Part shown: one piece after another, positions 49,951 to 59,743 of the stretch
How the letters are laid out: every line of letters starts with the position of its first letter
How positions within the stretch are numbered: position 1 is the first letter of the stretch
Source: a virus
Reading direction: 5' to 3' (one strand)
DNA length: 64,000 nucleotides
IMG/VR virus record: IMGVR_UViG_3300043392_000054
Coordinates: 1-64,000 of that record
Notes under the pieces: model-generated
What the model was told of the DNA's origin: nothing
What the model saw: the letters and a program-made list of their open reading frames with translations, nothing else
The model's database searches: none
Position numbers and translations under genes: made by a program

Positions 49951-50020
49951 CCTCTCCTCAGGATAGAATCGGAGGACCACTCTTAATGAGTTCAGCCCGT
50001 CAGCAATGTCGGGCTTTTTT
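49951..50020 (+). terminator. Structured 3' element and intrinsic terminator
   Basis: TCCTC/GAGGA, ACTC/GAGT and AGCCCG-T-CA-GCAA-TG-T-CGGGCT followed by T5. Confidence 0.65.
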
Positions 50021-50038
50021 AATATAAACATTTCATAT

Positions 50039-50710
50039 ATGATTATAGATGTAAATCAATTTAAAAACTCCGGTTACATTAGATTAGAAAACGTAATATC
50101 TATAAATGATGTAGATATTGTAAGACAAATTGCTTTAGATTTTAAAAATGAAATAATAGACAATAATTTATTAGGTACACCCAAAAAAATAGGCGTAGAA
50201 AGATATTGGAGAGGTCTAGATATGGCAAGTACAATGTCACCTAAATTATATGAATATTATACATCTAATATAATGTATCAAATTGCAACATCTTTATTAG
50301 AAACAAACGAGATATATCTTTTTAATGACCAGGTGGTAGTCAAACTACCAAATGAAGAATTTGAATTTGTTGAACATACTGATAATTCTTTTGGCCCAAA
50401 TAATCAAATGGCACTTAATAATGAATTTAAAACAATTACATGCTGTTGGGTCCTTGATGATTTTAATTTAGAGAATGGTCCTATTAGTATTTTAGATAAA
50501 ACTAGTAGGGAGTGGAAATTACCTTTACCTAAAAGAGGCGACATTATAATATGGGATGGAAACACAATTCATAAATCTAGTAAAAATATTACTAATCTAG
50601 AAAGATGCGTTTGGCTATGTGTTTATTCGACTACAAATCTAAAACAAATAAAGAATTTATCTACTGCAAGTTTCGACACTTTTTATGGAGATAGATTTTA
50701 TCCTTCTTGA
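50039..50710 (+). CDS. 2OG-Fe(II) dioxygenase, phytanoyl-CoA dioxygenase (PhyH) family
   Basis: DQVVVKLP, EHTDN (HxD), GPI and GDIIIWDGNTIHKSSKN...R (distal His, Arg). The true start is probably 50039 because the tracked 50006 ATG lies in the terminator stem. Confidence 0.8.
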   Translation: MIIDVNQFKNSGYIRLENVISINDVDIVRQIALDFKNEIIDNNLLGTPKKIGVERYWRGLDMASTMSPKLYEYYTSNIMYQIATSLLETNEIYLFNDQVVVKLPNEEFEFVEHTDNSFGPNNQMALNNEFKTITCCWVLDDFNLENGPISILDKTSREWKLPLPKRGDIIIWDGNTIHKSSKNITNLERCVWLCVYSTTNLKQIKNLSTASFDTFYGDRFYPS

Positions 50711-50761
50711 AACAAAATTTAACTTTCATATAGAATATCTAAACATAATAAAAAAATAAAT

Positions 50762-51508
50762 ATGAAAGTAACAATCTCGAAAGTTGACCAGAACTCGTTT
50801 ATCACGTTCGTCAATCGCCTCAAAGTTATCGACTCATTCATTTACTTTAAGATTAAAGATGGAAGAGTTATCTCGTCTGCTTATTTGCCACAGCGCGATG
50901 CAGTAAAGCACCACATTGTTCCAGTTGATGAAATTTTTGTATTAGACTCAAAAATTGAAACGACTAAAGAGCTTAAGGTTGCCTTTTTTGATGCTGCTAA
51001 GTTAATCGAAGCATTTAAACAATTTGAATATGATGCTATTCAAGCTGAAATCGAATTCGTTGAAAATGAAGATGATTTCGTTGCATCGTCATTCAAGATT
51101 TTTAATGATGAATTAGAAATTACATTAGCTTGTTCAGAACCATCTTTAGGTTTCAAAGACTTAACAGAGTCTCAATTACAAACTATCTTTAATACAGATG
51201 GAGCTGATGTTACATTTGATATGTCGCATATCGAAATTTCTAAAATCAAGTCATTATTTGGTTTAGATAAAGATGAAACCTTTACAATTTCATCATCTAA
51301 AGAAGGTGTACGCATTAAAGGTAAATCTTATAATAAATTAATCAATACTACTAGCGCTGCTAAATCAAATGCAGTTATTTACAAGAAGTATTTAAACCTT
51401 TTTGACAAAGAAGATTATGCAGCAAATGTATTCTCAAATCGCGTAGTGTTACGCTCTAAAGATTCAAATACATTGTTAACAATCGCAACTTGTCAATCAG
51501 CTGATTAA
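50762..51508 (+). CDS. gp45: DNA polymerase sliding clamp, gp45-like
   Basis: 248 aa, clamp-sized, alternating beta/alpha; lies directly upstream of the polymerase C-terminal subunit. Confidence 0.6.
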   Translation: MKVTISKVDQNSFITFVNRLKVIDSFIYFKIKDGRVISSAYLPQRDAVKHHIVPVDEIFVLDSKIETTKELKVAFFDAAKLIEAFKQFEYDAIQAEIEFVENEDDFVASSFKIFNDELEITLACSEPSLGFKDLTESQLQTIFNTDGADVTFDMSHIEISKIKSLFGLDKDETFTISSSKEGVRIKGKSYNKLINTTSAAKSNAVIYKKYLNLFDKEDYAANVFSNRVVLRSKDSNTLLTIATCQSAD

Positions 51509-52707
51509 TGATAGAAGAATTATTAAATAAACCAGAATCAGATTTAACACTTGATGAAATGAAAACCTTGGCAGAATTCTACTCGCGAGAATCTGCCAAG
51601 TTTACAGCTTATGAACAAGCAGTTAAATTAATGCTTAACTCTATTTATGGTGCATTTGGTAACCAGTGGTTTCACTTCTTTAATATCGATATTGCTGAAT
51701 CTATCACATTACAAGGTAAAAATGCTATCTTATATGCTGAAAAGATTTTAAACAAATATATTCAAGAATTCTTTTATAAGGATACTGAATTACATAAGAA
51801 ATTAAATATTAAGGTTAAAGGTCCAACACATAAACCTGCAGTTATCTACATCGATACTGATTCAAACTATGTTCAGTTTCAGGACATGTATGAATCAATT
51901 CAATGGTTAGATGAAACACAGAAGATGGACATCGTAACCTTTATTTTAACAGTTTATGATATTCGTTTAAAGGATTATATTGTTAAAGCATTAGACAAAT
52001 ATGCAGATGGCACAAATACAGATTCATTCTTAGTGTTTGAACTAGAATCAGTAGCATACTCTGGCATTTGGATGGCTAAGAAAAAGTATTTACAAAATTT
52101 AGCATGGGACGATAAGATTTCAACAGCTGAAAGACATAAAATGCTTAAGAAGGTTAAAACAGTTGGATTCGATACTATTCAATCTTCAACACCAACCTTT
52201 GCTAGAAAAAAATTAGCAGAAGCATTACAAATTCTTTTTGAAAAGAAGCCAACACCTGAAACATTAATGGTAATAATTTCATTCTTAAAAAAGGCTAAGA
52301 AAGAATTTAAGATGGCAAGCGTTGATGATATTACATTCAATAAGAGAACTAATAATATTGAAAAATATATTGTTGATGACCACGGTACATTTGAGTTTGG
52401 CTTAAAATGTCCGCCTAATGTTAAAGCTGCTGGATTTTATAATTACCTAATGAATAATAATTCAAAATACAAATCTAAGTATAGAATGATTAATAACGGT
52501 GAAAAGCTAAAAATATACCACACAACACACAATATTTGTGAAGTTTTTGGCTATCTTCCAGGAGACCATCCTTATGAATTTGCACCTGAAATAGATTATG
52601 AAACTCAATTTGAAAAATGTATTATTGACCCGTTAAATAGAGTTTTAGATTGCGTAGGTTTACAAACATTAAATAGAAATTTAATTTATTCATCAACATT
52701 ATTTTAA
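51508..52707 (+). CDS. gp43: DNA polymerase family B, C-terminal subunit (gp43B-like)
   Basis: Motif B KLMLNSIYGAFGN, motif C IYIDTDS, KKKY and the thumb region. Confidence 0.9.
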   Translation: MIEELLNKPESDLTLDEMKTLAEFYSRESAKFTAYEQAVKLMLNSIYGAFGNQWFHFFNIDIAESITLQGKNAILYAEKILNKYIQEFFYKDTELHKKLNIKVKGPTHKPAVIYIDTDSNYVQFQDMYESIQWLDETQKMDIVTFILTVYDIRLKDYIVKALDKYADGTNTDSFLVFELESVAYSGIWMAKKKYLQNLAWDDKISTAERHKMLKKVKTVGFDTIQSSTPTFARKKLAEALQILFEKKPTPETLMVIISFLKKAKKEFKMASVDDITFNKRTNNIEKYIVDDHGTFEFGLKCPPNVKAAGFYNYLMNNNSKYKSKYRMINNGEKLKIYHTTHNICEVFGYLPGDHPYEFAPEIDYETQFEKCIIDPLNRVLDCVGLQTLNRNLIYSSTLF

Positions 52708-52913
52708 TGCAAACAAATTCAGACCATTTATTAGATAATTTAGACGAAATTCAAATAGAATTCGTTGAGAAATATCAAGAGATTTTAAGTAGAGTTAAAG
52801 TTTTACAAACTAGAATGGCTCTTTTAGAATCTGAAATTAATCTTGCAACGAAAGAGTTACAGGATTTAAGAGAATTAGAACAAAAAACAATACAAGAAAA
52901 TGGCAAAAAGTAG
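52707..52913 (+). CDS. Small coiled-coil hypothetical protein, 68 aa
   Basis: ORF coupled by TAATG; heptad pattern. Confidence 0.55.
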   Translation: MQTNSDHLLDNLDEIQIEFVEKYQEILSRVKVLQTRMALLESEINLATKELQDLRELEQKTIQENGKK

Positions 52914-54018
52914 TAAAACATTTACATTTGACGACCTAAATGCAGAATTAGCTGGAATTAATCCACTTGGTTCAGTGATGGAAATGTCAGATTTTAGTGA
53001 AATTACAGAGTACTTAGATACTGGTAACTATCACTTAAACGCATGTGTATCAGGTTCTCTTTTTAAAGGATGGCCTAATAATAGAGCTTGCTCAGTTGCA
53101 GGTCCATCTGGAACAGGTAAAACTTTCTTAATGCTAAACACAGTAAGAGAAGCTATTAATAAAGGTTATTCTGTTATTTACTATGATTCAGAAGCTGCAA
53201 TTGATAAAGAACTTATGAAAAAGTTTGGTATTGATGTATCAAAGGTTAATTATCAACCAGTGAATACTGTTCAAGAGTTTAGAACATCTGTGACTACAAT
53301 CACTAAAAAGATGCAAGAGGCTAAAAGAAATGGAGCAGAATTACCAAAGGTAATGATTCTTTTAGATTCAGCTGGTAACTTAGCAACTCAAAAGGAAATT
53401 GATGATGCAGTTTCAGGTTCAGAGAAAGCAGACATGACACGTTCTAAAGTTCTTAAATCAATCTTTAGAATTATTATGACTCCATTAGCAGACTTAAAGA
53501 TTCCATTCTTATTTACTAACCACACATATATGTCTCAAGACTTTATGCCAGTTAATGTGGCTGGTGGTGGAACTGGACCAGAGTATGCTGCTTCTATTGT
53601 TTTAATTTTGACAAAGGCACAATTAAAAGATAAATCTGGTAAAGAAAGAGTAGGAATTATTGTAACTGCTAAACCAGCTAAAAATAGATTTGCAAAACCA
53701 GTACCTGTTAAATTCCATTTAGATTTTAGTAAAGGTATGAATAAATTTGTTGGTCTAGAAAAATATGCAACTTGGGATATTTGCGGAATTGCTAGAGGAA
53801 CTATTGACCCAAAAACTAAGGAAAAAGTTCTTAAAGATACGGCTAGAACTTGGGTTTGCAAGCATTTAGATGTTGCAATTCCAGATTCAGAGTTTTTTAC
53901 AGAAACTGTCTTTACTCAAGATGTTTTAGAACAAATTGATGCTTATATCCAACCAATCTTCAATTATAATTCTGAAACAGCAGACTTTATTGATGATATA
54001 ATTAATGATGAAGACTAA
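52900..54018 (+). CDS. uvsX: RecA-like recombinase UvsX
   Basis: DTGNYHLNACVSGS, GPSGTGKT, YDSEAA, LDSAGNL, TNHTY and GGGTGPEY. Confidence 0.92.
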   Translation: MAKSSKTFTFDDLNAELAGINPLGSVMEMSDFSEITEYLDTGNYHLNACVSGSLFKGWPNNRACSVAGPSGTGKTFLMLNTVREAINKGYSVIYYDSEAAIDKELMKKFGIDVSKVNYQPVNTVQEFRTSVTTITKKMQEAKRNGAELPKVMILLDSAGNLATQKEIDDAVSGSEKADMTRSKVLKSIFRIIMTPLADLKIPFLFTNHTYMSQDFMPVNVAGGGTGPEYAASIVLILTKAQLKDKSGKERVGIIVTAKPAKNRFAKPVPVKFHLDFSKGMNKFVGLEKYATWDICGIARGTIDPKTKEKVLKDTARTWVCKHLDVAIPDSEFFTETVFTQDVLEQIDAYIQPIFNYNSETADFIDDIINDED

Positions 54019-54019
54019 T

Positions 54020-54331
54020 ATGACTAATTTAGGTAGCATAGCTGAAGATAAATTACCAATTAAATATATTTTGGGTATAGAAAGTGAATTCGAAACATAC
54101 CCAGATGCATTCGACATAGTGTATGCATATATTTTAAAGGTTAAAAAGAATCCAGAAAGATATAAAGGTACATTTACTAAACATGGTTTAATCACATGGG
54201 AATTTCCAGGTTGTTCCATTGATAATATTAATAATGGACTTCAGCGTGCTATCGAATTAGGTTTATTAGAATGCACCAATAAAACAGAAGATAAAGAAGC
54301 CTACAAGATAATTTTAAACCCATTTGCATGA
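54020..54331 (+). CDS. Hypothetical protein, about 103 aa
   Basis: ORF track (54005); the ATG at 54020 just after the uvsX stop is the more likely start. Confidence 0.55.
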   Translation: MTNLGSIAEDKLPIKYILGIESEFETYPDAFDIVYAYILKVKKNPERYKGTFTKHGLITWEFPGCSIDNINNGLQRAIELGLLECTNKTEDKEAYKIILNPFA

Positions 54332-55641
54332 AATTCGGTCAAGACTTTGAAAAAGTATTTTTCAAACTATCATTACAAAAACCAAAATATTTAGAGGCTA
54401 TTAAGAGAGGCTTTTACACCAGTGAAGACATTGATGTAATGCATTATTTAGCAACTAAATTTCATAATAAATTTCATGAAGCTCCTTCAATGGAACAAAT
54501 GAAACTATTAATTCAACGTTCTGCTGCTAAAGATAAAGTAGACGAAGATATGATTGAAATTGTGTATAGCGCAGATTTAAATCAATATGACGAAGAATGG
54601 TTAACATCAACAGCTGAATCTTGGATTAAATGGAGAAACTTCGATACAACTTTAATCGATACAATTGAGTATATTAAAACAACTCAAGTGGACCCAGATA
54701 ACGTTGATGGAATCATTTCTAAAGTTAAAAATCTAATCAATGATAGAAATTCATTGACATTTAATTCAGACTTAGGCTTAGACTTTTTTAATCCAAATGA
54801 CCACGTTCAAGAAGGCATTACAAAAATGTCAACCGGTTATAATTTCTTAGACCGAGCATTGGGTGGAGGGTATGATAAAGATGGAACCTTAGTTGTTTAT
54901 GTAGGTGAGCAAAATATTGGTAAATCAATTTATCTTGCAAATGAAGCTGCTAATTCAATTAAAATGGGAACAAATACTGCGGTAATTACAGCAGAGATGT
55001 CAGCTCATAAGTTTATGAAACGTATTGGCTCTAATGCTTTATCAATTCCGATGACAGAATACGATGAAAAGGCTAAGAACGTAGATTATCTTAAAAGAAA
55101 ATTAGAAACTATAGGTGATGGTTTAACTCCTCCGGGTCAATTATTTGTTAAGCAATTTCCAACTTCACAAGCAACTGTCCCAGATATTGAAGCTTATTTA
55201 AAACAGATTGAAGAAGAGCGTAAAATTAAATTAGGAGTAATTGTAATTGACTATATTAATATTCTTTCTAATTATAGAAACCCAAACTCTGAAAATACTT
55301 ATTTAAAAATCAAGCAAATTGCTGAAGATTTAAGAGCAATGGGAGTTAGAAACAAATGGTTAATCGTTACAGCAACCCAAATTACAAGAAGCGGTTATAA
55401 CTCAAGTGATATTTCAATGAGTGATGTTGCTGAATCAGCAGGTCTTTCACATACGGCTGACGTAATGTTAGGTATTATTCAAGACGATATTATGAGAGCT
55501 AGTTACGAGTACTGGTTAAAAATTCTAAAGATTAGAGATGGCGAAGGCCGAGGTGTTAAGTGTAAGCTAAACATTAATTATCAATATATGAGATTAACTG
55601 AAACAGATGAAATCAGTAACTCAAATATTCACGAATTATAA
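54328..55641 (+). CDS. gp41: Replicative DNA helicase, gp41/DnaB-like
   Basis: GEQNIGKS, TAEMS, IDYINIL, TATQITR, SMSDVAESAGL and KIRDG. Confidence 0.92.
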   Translation: MKFGQDFEKVFFKLSLQKPKYLEAIKRGFYTSEDIDVMHYLATKFHNKFHEAPSMEQMKLLIQRSAAKDKVDEDMIEIVYSADLNQYDEEWLTSTAESWIKWRNFDTTLIDTIEYIKTTQVDPDNVDGIISKVKNLINDRNSLTFNSDLGLDFFNPNDHVQEGITKMSTGYNFLDRALGGGYDKDGTLVVYVGEQNIGKSIYLANEAANSIKMGTNTAVITAEMSAHKFMKRIGSNALSIPMTEYDEKAKNVDYLKRKLETIGDGLTPPGQLFVKQFPTSQATVPDIEAYLKQIEEERKIKLGVIVIDYINILSNYRNPNSENTYLKIKQIAEDLRAMGVRNKWLIVTATQITRSGYNSSDISMSDVAESAGLSHTADVMLGIIQDDIMRASYEYWLKILKIRDGEGRGVKCKLNINYQYMRLTETDEISNSNIHEL

Positions 55642-55652
55642 AATAAAAAAAT

Positions 55653-56096
55653 ATGTTTGATAAGAAAGATAAAATATTTGACAATACATTTCAAGACCAA
55701 GATTTTGATTTAGATTCTAGCATTTCATTCCAAGTGTCTCCACAATATATGGATAGTACTGATGAAGAAGATAAGATTAATCTTGAAATGATTAGAAGAG
55801 ATATTCACGCCTTAATCGTAGTATCACGATTTAAATCCTTTAATGATTTAGATGATTTAGCTGAAGCTAAAAAACTTAAGAAGGTTGATATTAATGAGGT
55901 TTATGAATTTGTGGCAGGAGAGTTAGTTGAAAAATATTCACTAATTGAAATTTTTGCAGAAACAGCAGATTATTTTAATGTTAATCCAACTAAATTTTAT
56001 GCCTCTTTAAGTAATAAATTTAAAGAAGATTTAATTCAAGCTTTAGATAATAGAACTGAAATTTTAAAGCGTAAAAAAATTAATAGTTTATTCTAA
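55653..56096 (+). CDS. Hypothetical acidic protein, 147 aa
   Basis: ORF track. Confidence 0.55.
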   Translation: MFDKKDKIFDNTFQDQDFDLDSSISFQVSPQYMDSTDEEDKINLEMIRRDIHALIVVSRFKSFNDLDDLAEAKKLKKVDINEVYEFVAGELVEKYSLIEIFAETADYFNVNPTKFYASLSNKFKEDLIQALDNRTEILKRKKINSLF

Positions 56097-57211
56097 TGAT
56101 TGAAGACAAAATTTTAAAACAACCAGTTAAAAGAATTTGGGTTTTAGGAGATGTTCACTTTGGAGTTAGAGCTAATTCAATAGAATGGCTTGAAATTCAA
56201 CAAGAATTCTTTGAAAAGGTATTTATACCTACATTAAAAGAACATGTAAAGCCTGGTGATGTTTTAGTTCAAGTTGGTGATGTATTTGATAATAGACAGA
56301 GTGTTAACTTAAGAGTATTACACTATTCTATTGACCTATTTGAAAGATTAGGTAAAATTTTACCAGTTCACATTATTTGTGGCAACCATGATATTTGGGC
56401 TAAAAAATCAAATGAAGTAACTTCTATTGATGCTTTAAAATGGATTCCTAATATAGCTATCTATAAAAAGCCTAAGCAATTTACATGGAGTAATAAAAAT
56501 ATTTTACTAATGCCATGGCGCAGAGATGCTGAACATGAAGTTGAAACTCTTTCAAAGTATTCTACATCTAATATTGTATTTTGTCACTCAGAAGTAAGCG
56601 GAGTAGCCTTAAATGCAAAGGTAAAGAATCATCACGGAACAGATACTGAAAATTATAAAGGATTTGATGCTGTTTATTCTGGCCATATTCATTATCGCCA
56701 ACGTAAAGGCAAGCTAAGATTAGTTGGTACTCCATACGAATTAACACGCTCTGATTCTGGAAATAAAAAGGGATTTGACCTAGTTGATTTAGAGACGATG
56801 GAGGAAACTTTCTTCGAGAATACAGTATCACCTAAGTTTTTAAAGTTTAATCTAAAGAGCCTATATATGGTGCAATTAGGTGAGTTTAAAAAACAAATCG
56901 AAAACAATTTTGTAGATATTTACGTACCTTCTAAAATTGCAACTAGTTCAGCTCTTTCTAAATTAATTAATAAGGTTCAAAAAATATCTAGAAAGATAGA
57001 GCCTAACATATATGAAGATGAGTCCATGGTCGACAAAGACTTATATGACATGGAACAAATTGAAGATATGTATAAGAATTATAACATTATGCATTTGTGT
57101 AACTTGTATATCGATGGAGCTAATTATGATTCAGAAATGAAACAAAAGCTAAAATCTAGATTAAAACAGATACACGACCAATGTGCGTACAATTACGACT
57201 TAGACCAATAA
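56096..57211 (+). CDS. gp47: Mre11/SbcD-like recombination nuclease, gp47-like
   Basis: GDVHFG, GDVFDNR, GNHD, CHSE and SGHIH. Confidence 0.9.
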   Translation: MIEDKILKQPVKRIWVLGDVHFGVRANSIEWLEIQQEFFEKVFIPTLKEHVKPGDVLVQVGDVFDNRQSVNLRVLHYSIDLFERLGKILPVHIICGNHDIWAKKSNEVTSIDALKWIPNIAIYKKPKQFTWSNKNILLMPWRRDAEHEVETLSKYSTSNIVFCHSEVSGVALNAKVKNHHGTDTENYKGFDAVYSGHIHYRQRKGKLRLVGTPYELTRSDSGNKKGFDLVDLETMEETFFENTVSPKFLKFNLKSLYMVQLGEFKKQIENNFVDIYVPSKIATSSALSKLINKVQKISRKIEPNIYEDESMVDKDLYDMEQIEDMYKNYNIMHLCNLYIDGANYDSEMKQKLKSRLKQIHDQCAYNYDLDQ

Positions 57212-57212
57212 T

Positions 57213-58886
57213 ATGCGTATTAAATCAATAGAATTTAAAAACTTTGCTTCCTATGGCAATAAAGTTCAGACTTTGTCTTTTGAAGAGGACAAAGCTGAAT
57301 TATTTTTAACATTAGGTAAAAATGGTGATGGTAAAACTACAATCGCAAACGCAATCGTATTTGCTTTATATGGAAAGCTAGATGGCGTTAAAATGCAAGA
57401 GCTGCCAAATAGAATCAATAAGAATCTAATGGTTAGAGTAAAGTTACAATGTAAAGATATTGATGTTGAAATAGAAAGAGGACTAGCTCCTAATCATTTT
57501 AAGGTTCTTCTCAATGGAGTTGAATTTGATAAAGCAGGTAAAAAGTCCGTTCAAGATTATTTAGAAGAAGAGGTATATGGTATTCCATATCATGTATTTA
57601 AAAATATTATTATCTTATCAGTAAATGACTTTAAGTCTTTCTTAACGATGTCAGGCAATGATAAAAAACAAATTATCGATAAGATGTTTGGTTTTTCAAT
57701 CTTAAATGATATGCAAAAGGCAGTTAAAGAAGAAAGACGTAGTATTAAAATGGATTTAGATTCATTTGAAAGAGACCTAAAGCAAATTAACGAAAGCATG
57801 GTATCCGTGCAAATGAAATTAAATCAATTGCTTTCAGAATCAGACCAAGTTAATAAAGATAAAATACAAGAACTTAAAGATAAGTTAATTCATTTTGATG
57901 AAAATAAAAAGAAATTAGAAGAAGCTAAAGAAAAGATAAAGCTATCTATAGGAAAAGAAACTAAATCTTATGAAATAGCAAATAATAAGCACAATATTCT
58001 TAAATATGAATTAGCTGAACTTAAAAAGAAATTAGCTTTATATGAACAAGGAACTTGTCCAACATGTGAAGCACCTTTAACTGGAGATTTTCATCAACAT
58101 CGTAAAGATGAACTAACACAGAGTGTAGAATCAATGCCAGATAAAATTAAAGAGGCTGAAGAACAAGTTAATACAATTAGACAATTAACTATTGATTTAA
58201 AGGCAAAAGAATCACAGATTTTAGATAAAGCTTCAATGTTAAATTCTAGCATTAGAACGCTTAAAGCAGAATTGTTAAAGATTAAAGAAGGATTAGAAAA
58301 TAACGGTCAATTTGACCATTTAAAACAAATTATAAATGATTTCGAGCAGAAAGAGAACCAGACCGGTCAACAAAAAGACAAATCGTCCGAGGAATACCTA
58401 TTCCTCGAAGCAGTAGAAGAGATTCTAGGAGAAGACGGAGTTAAGAATTTAGCAGTTAAAACTATTTTACCAGGATTAAATGCTAATATTGCAGCAATGA
58501 GTCAAACAATGCATATTCCATTTCAAATTAAATTTAATGATAAGTTTGATTGTATTATTACGCATTTAGGACAAGAGATTAATGCAATGACTCTTTCAAC
58601 AGGTGAACGTAAAAAAGCAGATTTTATTATTATTATTGCCATCATTAAGATTTTAAAATTAAGATTTCCACAATTAAACTTATTGTTCTTAGATGAATTA
58701 TTAAGTTCAGTCGACCAAGATGGTATCTATAATATCTTAAAGATTTTAAGTCAAGTTATTAAAGAGAGCAAAATTAATACATTTGTAATTAATCATACAC
58801 CTCTACCACATGAAATCTTTGATAAAAAGTTACAAATATATAGAGATAATGGTTTCTCTAAATTTGAAATAGAAGTCATTGAATAA
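57213..58886 (+). CDS. gp46: Rad50/SbcC-like ATPase, gp46-like
   Basis: GKNGDGKTT, zinc hook CPTC, signature LSTGE and Walker B LFLDE. Confidence 0.92.
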   Translation: MRIKSIEFKNFASYGNKVQTLSFEEDKAELFLTLGKNGDGKTTIANAIVFALYGKLDGVKMQELPNRINKNLMVRVKLQCKDIDVEIERGLAPNHFKVLLNGVEFDKAGKKSVQDYLEEEVYGIPYHVFKNIIILSVNDFKSFLTMSGNDKKQIIDKMFGFSILNDMQKAVKEERRSIKMDLDSFERDLKQINESMVSVQMKLNQLLSESDQVNKDKIQELKDKLIHFDENKKKLEEAKEKIKLSIGKETKSYEIANNKHNILKYELAELKKKLALYEQGTCPTCEAPLTGDFHQHRKDELTQSVESMPDKIKEAEEQVNTIRQLTIDLKAKESQILDKASMLNSSIRTLKAELLKIKEGLENNGQFDHLKQIINDFEQKENQTGQQKDKSSEEYLFLEAVEEILGEDGVKNLAVKTILPGLNANIAAMSQTMHIPFQIKFNDKFDCIITHLGQEINAMTLSTGERKKADFIIIIAIIKILKLRFPQLNLLFLDELLSSVDQDGIYNILKILSQVIKESKINTFVINHTPLPHEIFDKKLQIYRDNGFSKFEIEVIE

Positions 58887-58898
58887 TAATTAGATATA

Positions 58899-59702
58899 AT
58901 GGCATCATATAATGTAAAATATAACTTTGATGACAGTGTGGTTCGCCACATTGTGATAGGTCTTTTGGCTGATTTAAATAATAAAGTTTATTTTTATCGT
59001 CAATTAGATAATAATACAAGAGTTGCAATTGATGTTCCATTTTATTATGCAATTACAGGAGACGACCAATTTTTAAGAGATACCTTTTTATTCTCAACTC
59101 CAGATGGTGTAGATTGTTTACCAGACCCAAAATTTGCTGATGGAAATTATGATAAAATTCCAAGAGGTGTTGCAAATTTAAGCTCTATGTCAATTGATTC
59201 TGCAAAATTAGTTAATCGTAGAATTAGAGGTAATTATACTAAAATGAATGACCAAGGAGCTATGCTTGGGTATAATGCTGAATTTATGATGATTCCTATT
59301 GTATTATCATTTGATATAGAAATTTTAGTTTCTTCTCAATTAGATTCATTAAAGATATCGGAAATGATTATTAAAAAGCTTTATAAATCTAATTATTTTA
59401 ATGTTGAAGTTGGTCATTTAAATGAAGGAACCTATAGAATTGCATCTTATTATGCATTACCAGATGAATTTACAAATGAAAAACCAATAGAGTTTACATA
59501 CGATGATAAAGGTAAATATAAAATTACTTTTCCGATAGAAGTTAATTCATTTATGCCTGTTTTTGAATTTGAAACAGAAATGCATGCTGGAAAGAGAATG
59601 TTTGAAATTATTTCTACTGTCACTGAGCAAAATCCAGCACAATTTATTAGAGGAAAAGAGTCAACTGATGATGTAAATATAATAGATAAAAATACAATAT
59701 AA
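58899..59702 (+). CDS. gp15: Tail sheath stabilizer/terminator, gp15-like
   Basis: DSVVRHIVIGLL...IDVPFYY...PRG...PIVLSFDIEI...QLDSLKISEMI. Confidence 0.65.
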   Translation: MASYNVKYNFDDSVVRHIVIGLLADLNNKVYFYRQLDNNTRVAIDVPFYYAITGDDQFLRDTFLFSTPDGVDCLPDPKFADGNYDKIPRGVANLSSMSIDSAKLVNRRIRGNYTKMNDQGAMLGYNAEFMMIPIVLSFDIEILVSSQLDSLKISEMIIKKLYKSNYFNVEVGHLNEGTYRIASYYALPDEFTNEKPIEFTYDDKGKYKITFPIEVNSFMPVFEFETEMHAGKRMFEIISTVTEQNPAQFIRGKESTDDVNIIDKNTI

Positions 59703-59743
59703 TATCAGGATATATAGTTAAAGCATAAAAAAATAAGCACATA

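Noticed and set aside
49951-50000. HDV-like/theta ribozyme suggested by CCT-CTCCTC-AGG
   Set aside because: I could not find matching P1 and P2 strands upstream for the nested double pseudoknot.
50006-50038. Tracked start of the dioxygenase at 50006
   Set aside because: This ATG lies inside the terminator stem. ATG 50039 is more plausible.
46700-51560. Intein or group I intron splitting the polymerase
   Set aside because: No Cys/Ser...His-Asn intein ends, and no intron core or homing endonuclease. The gap holds ordinary genes with their own promoters and terminators.
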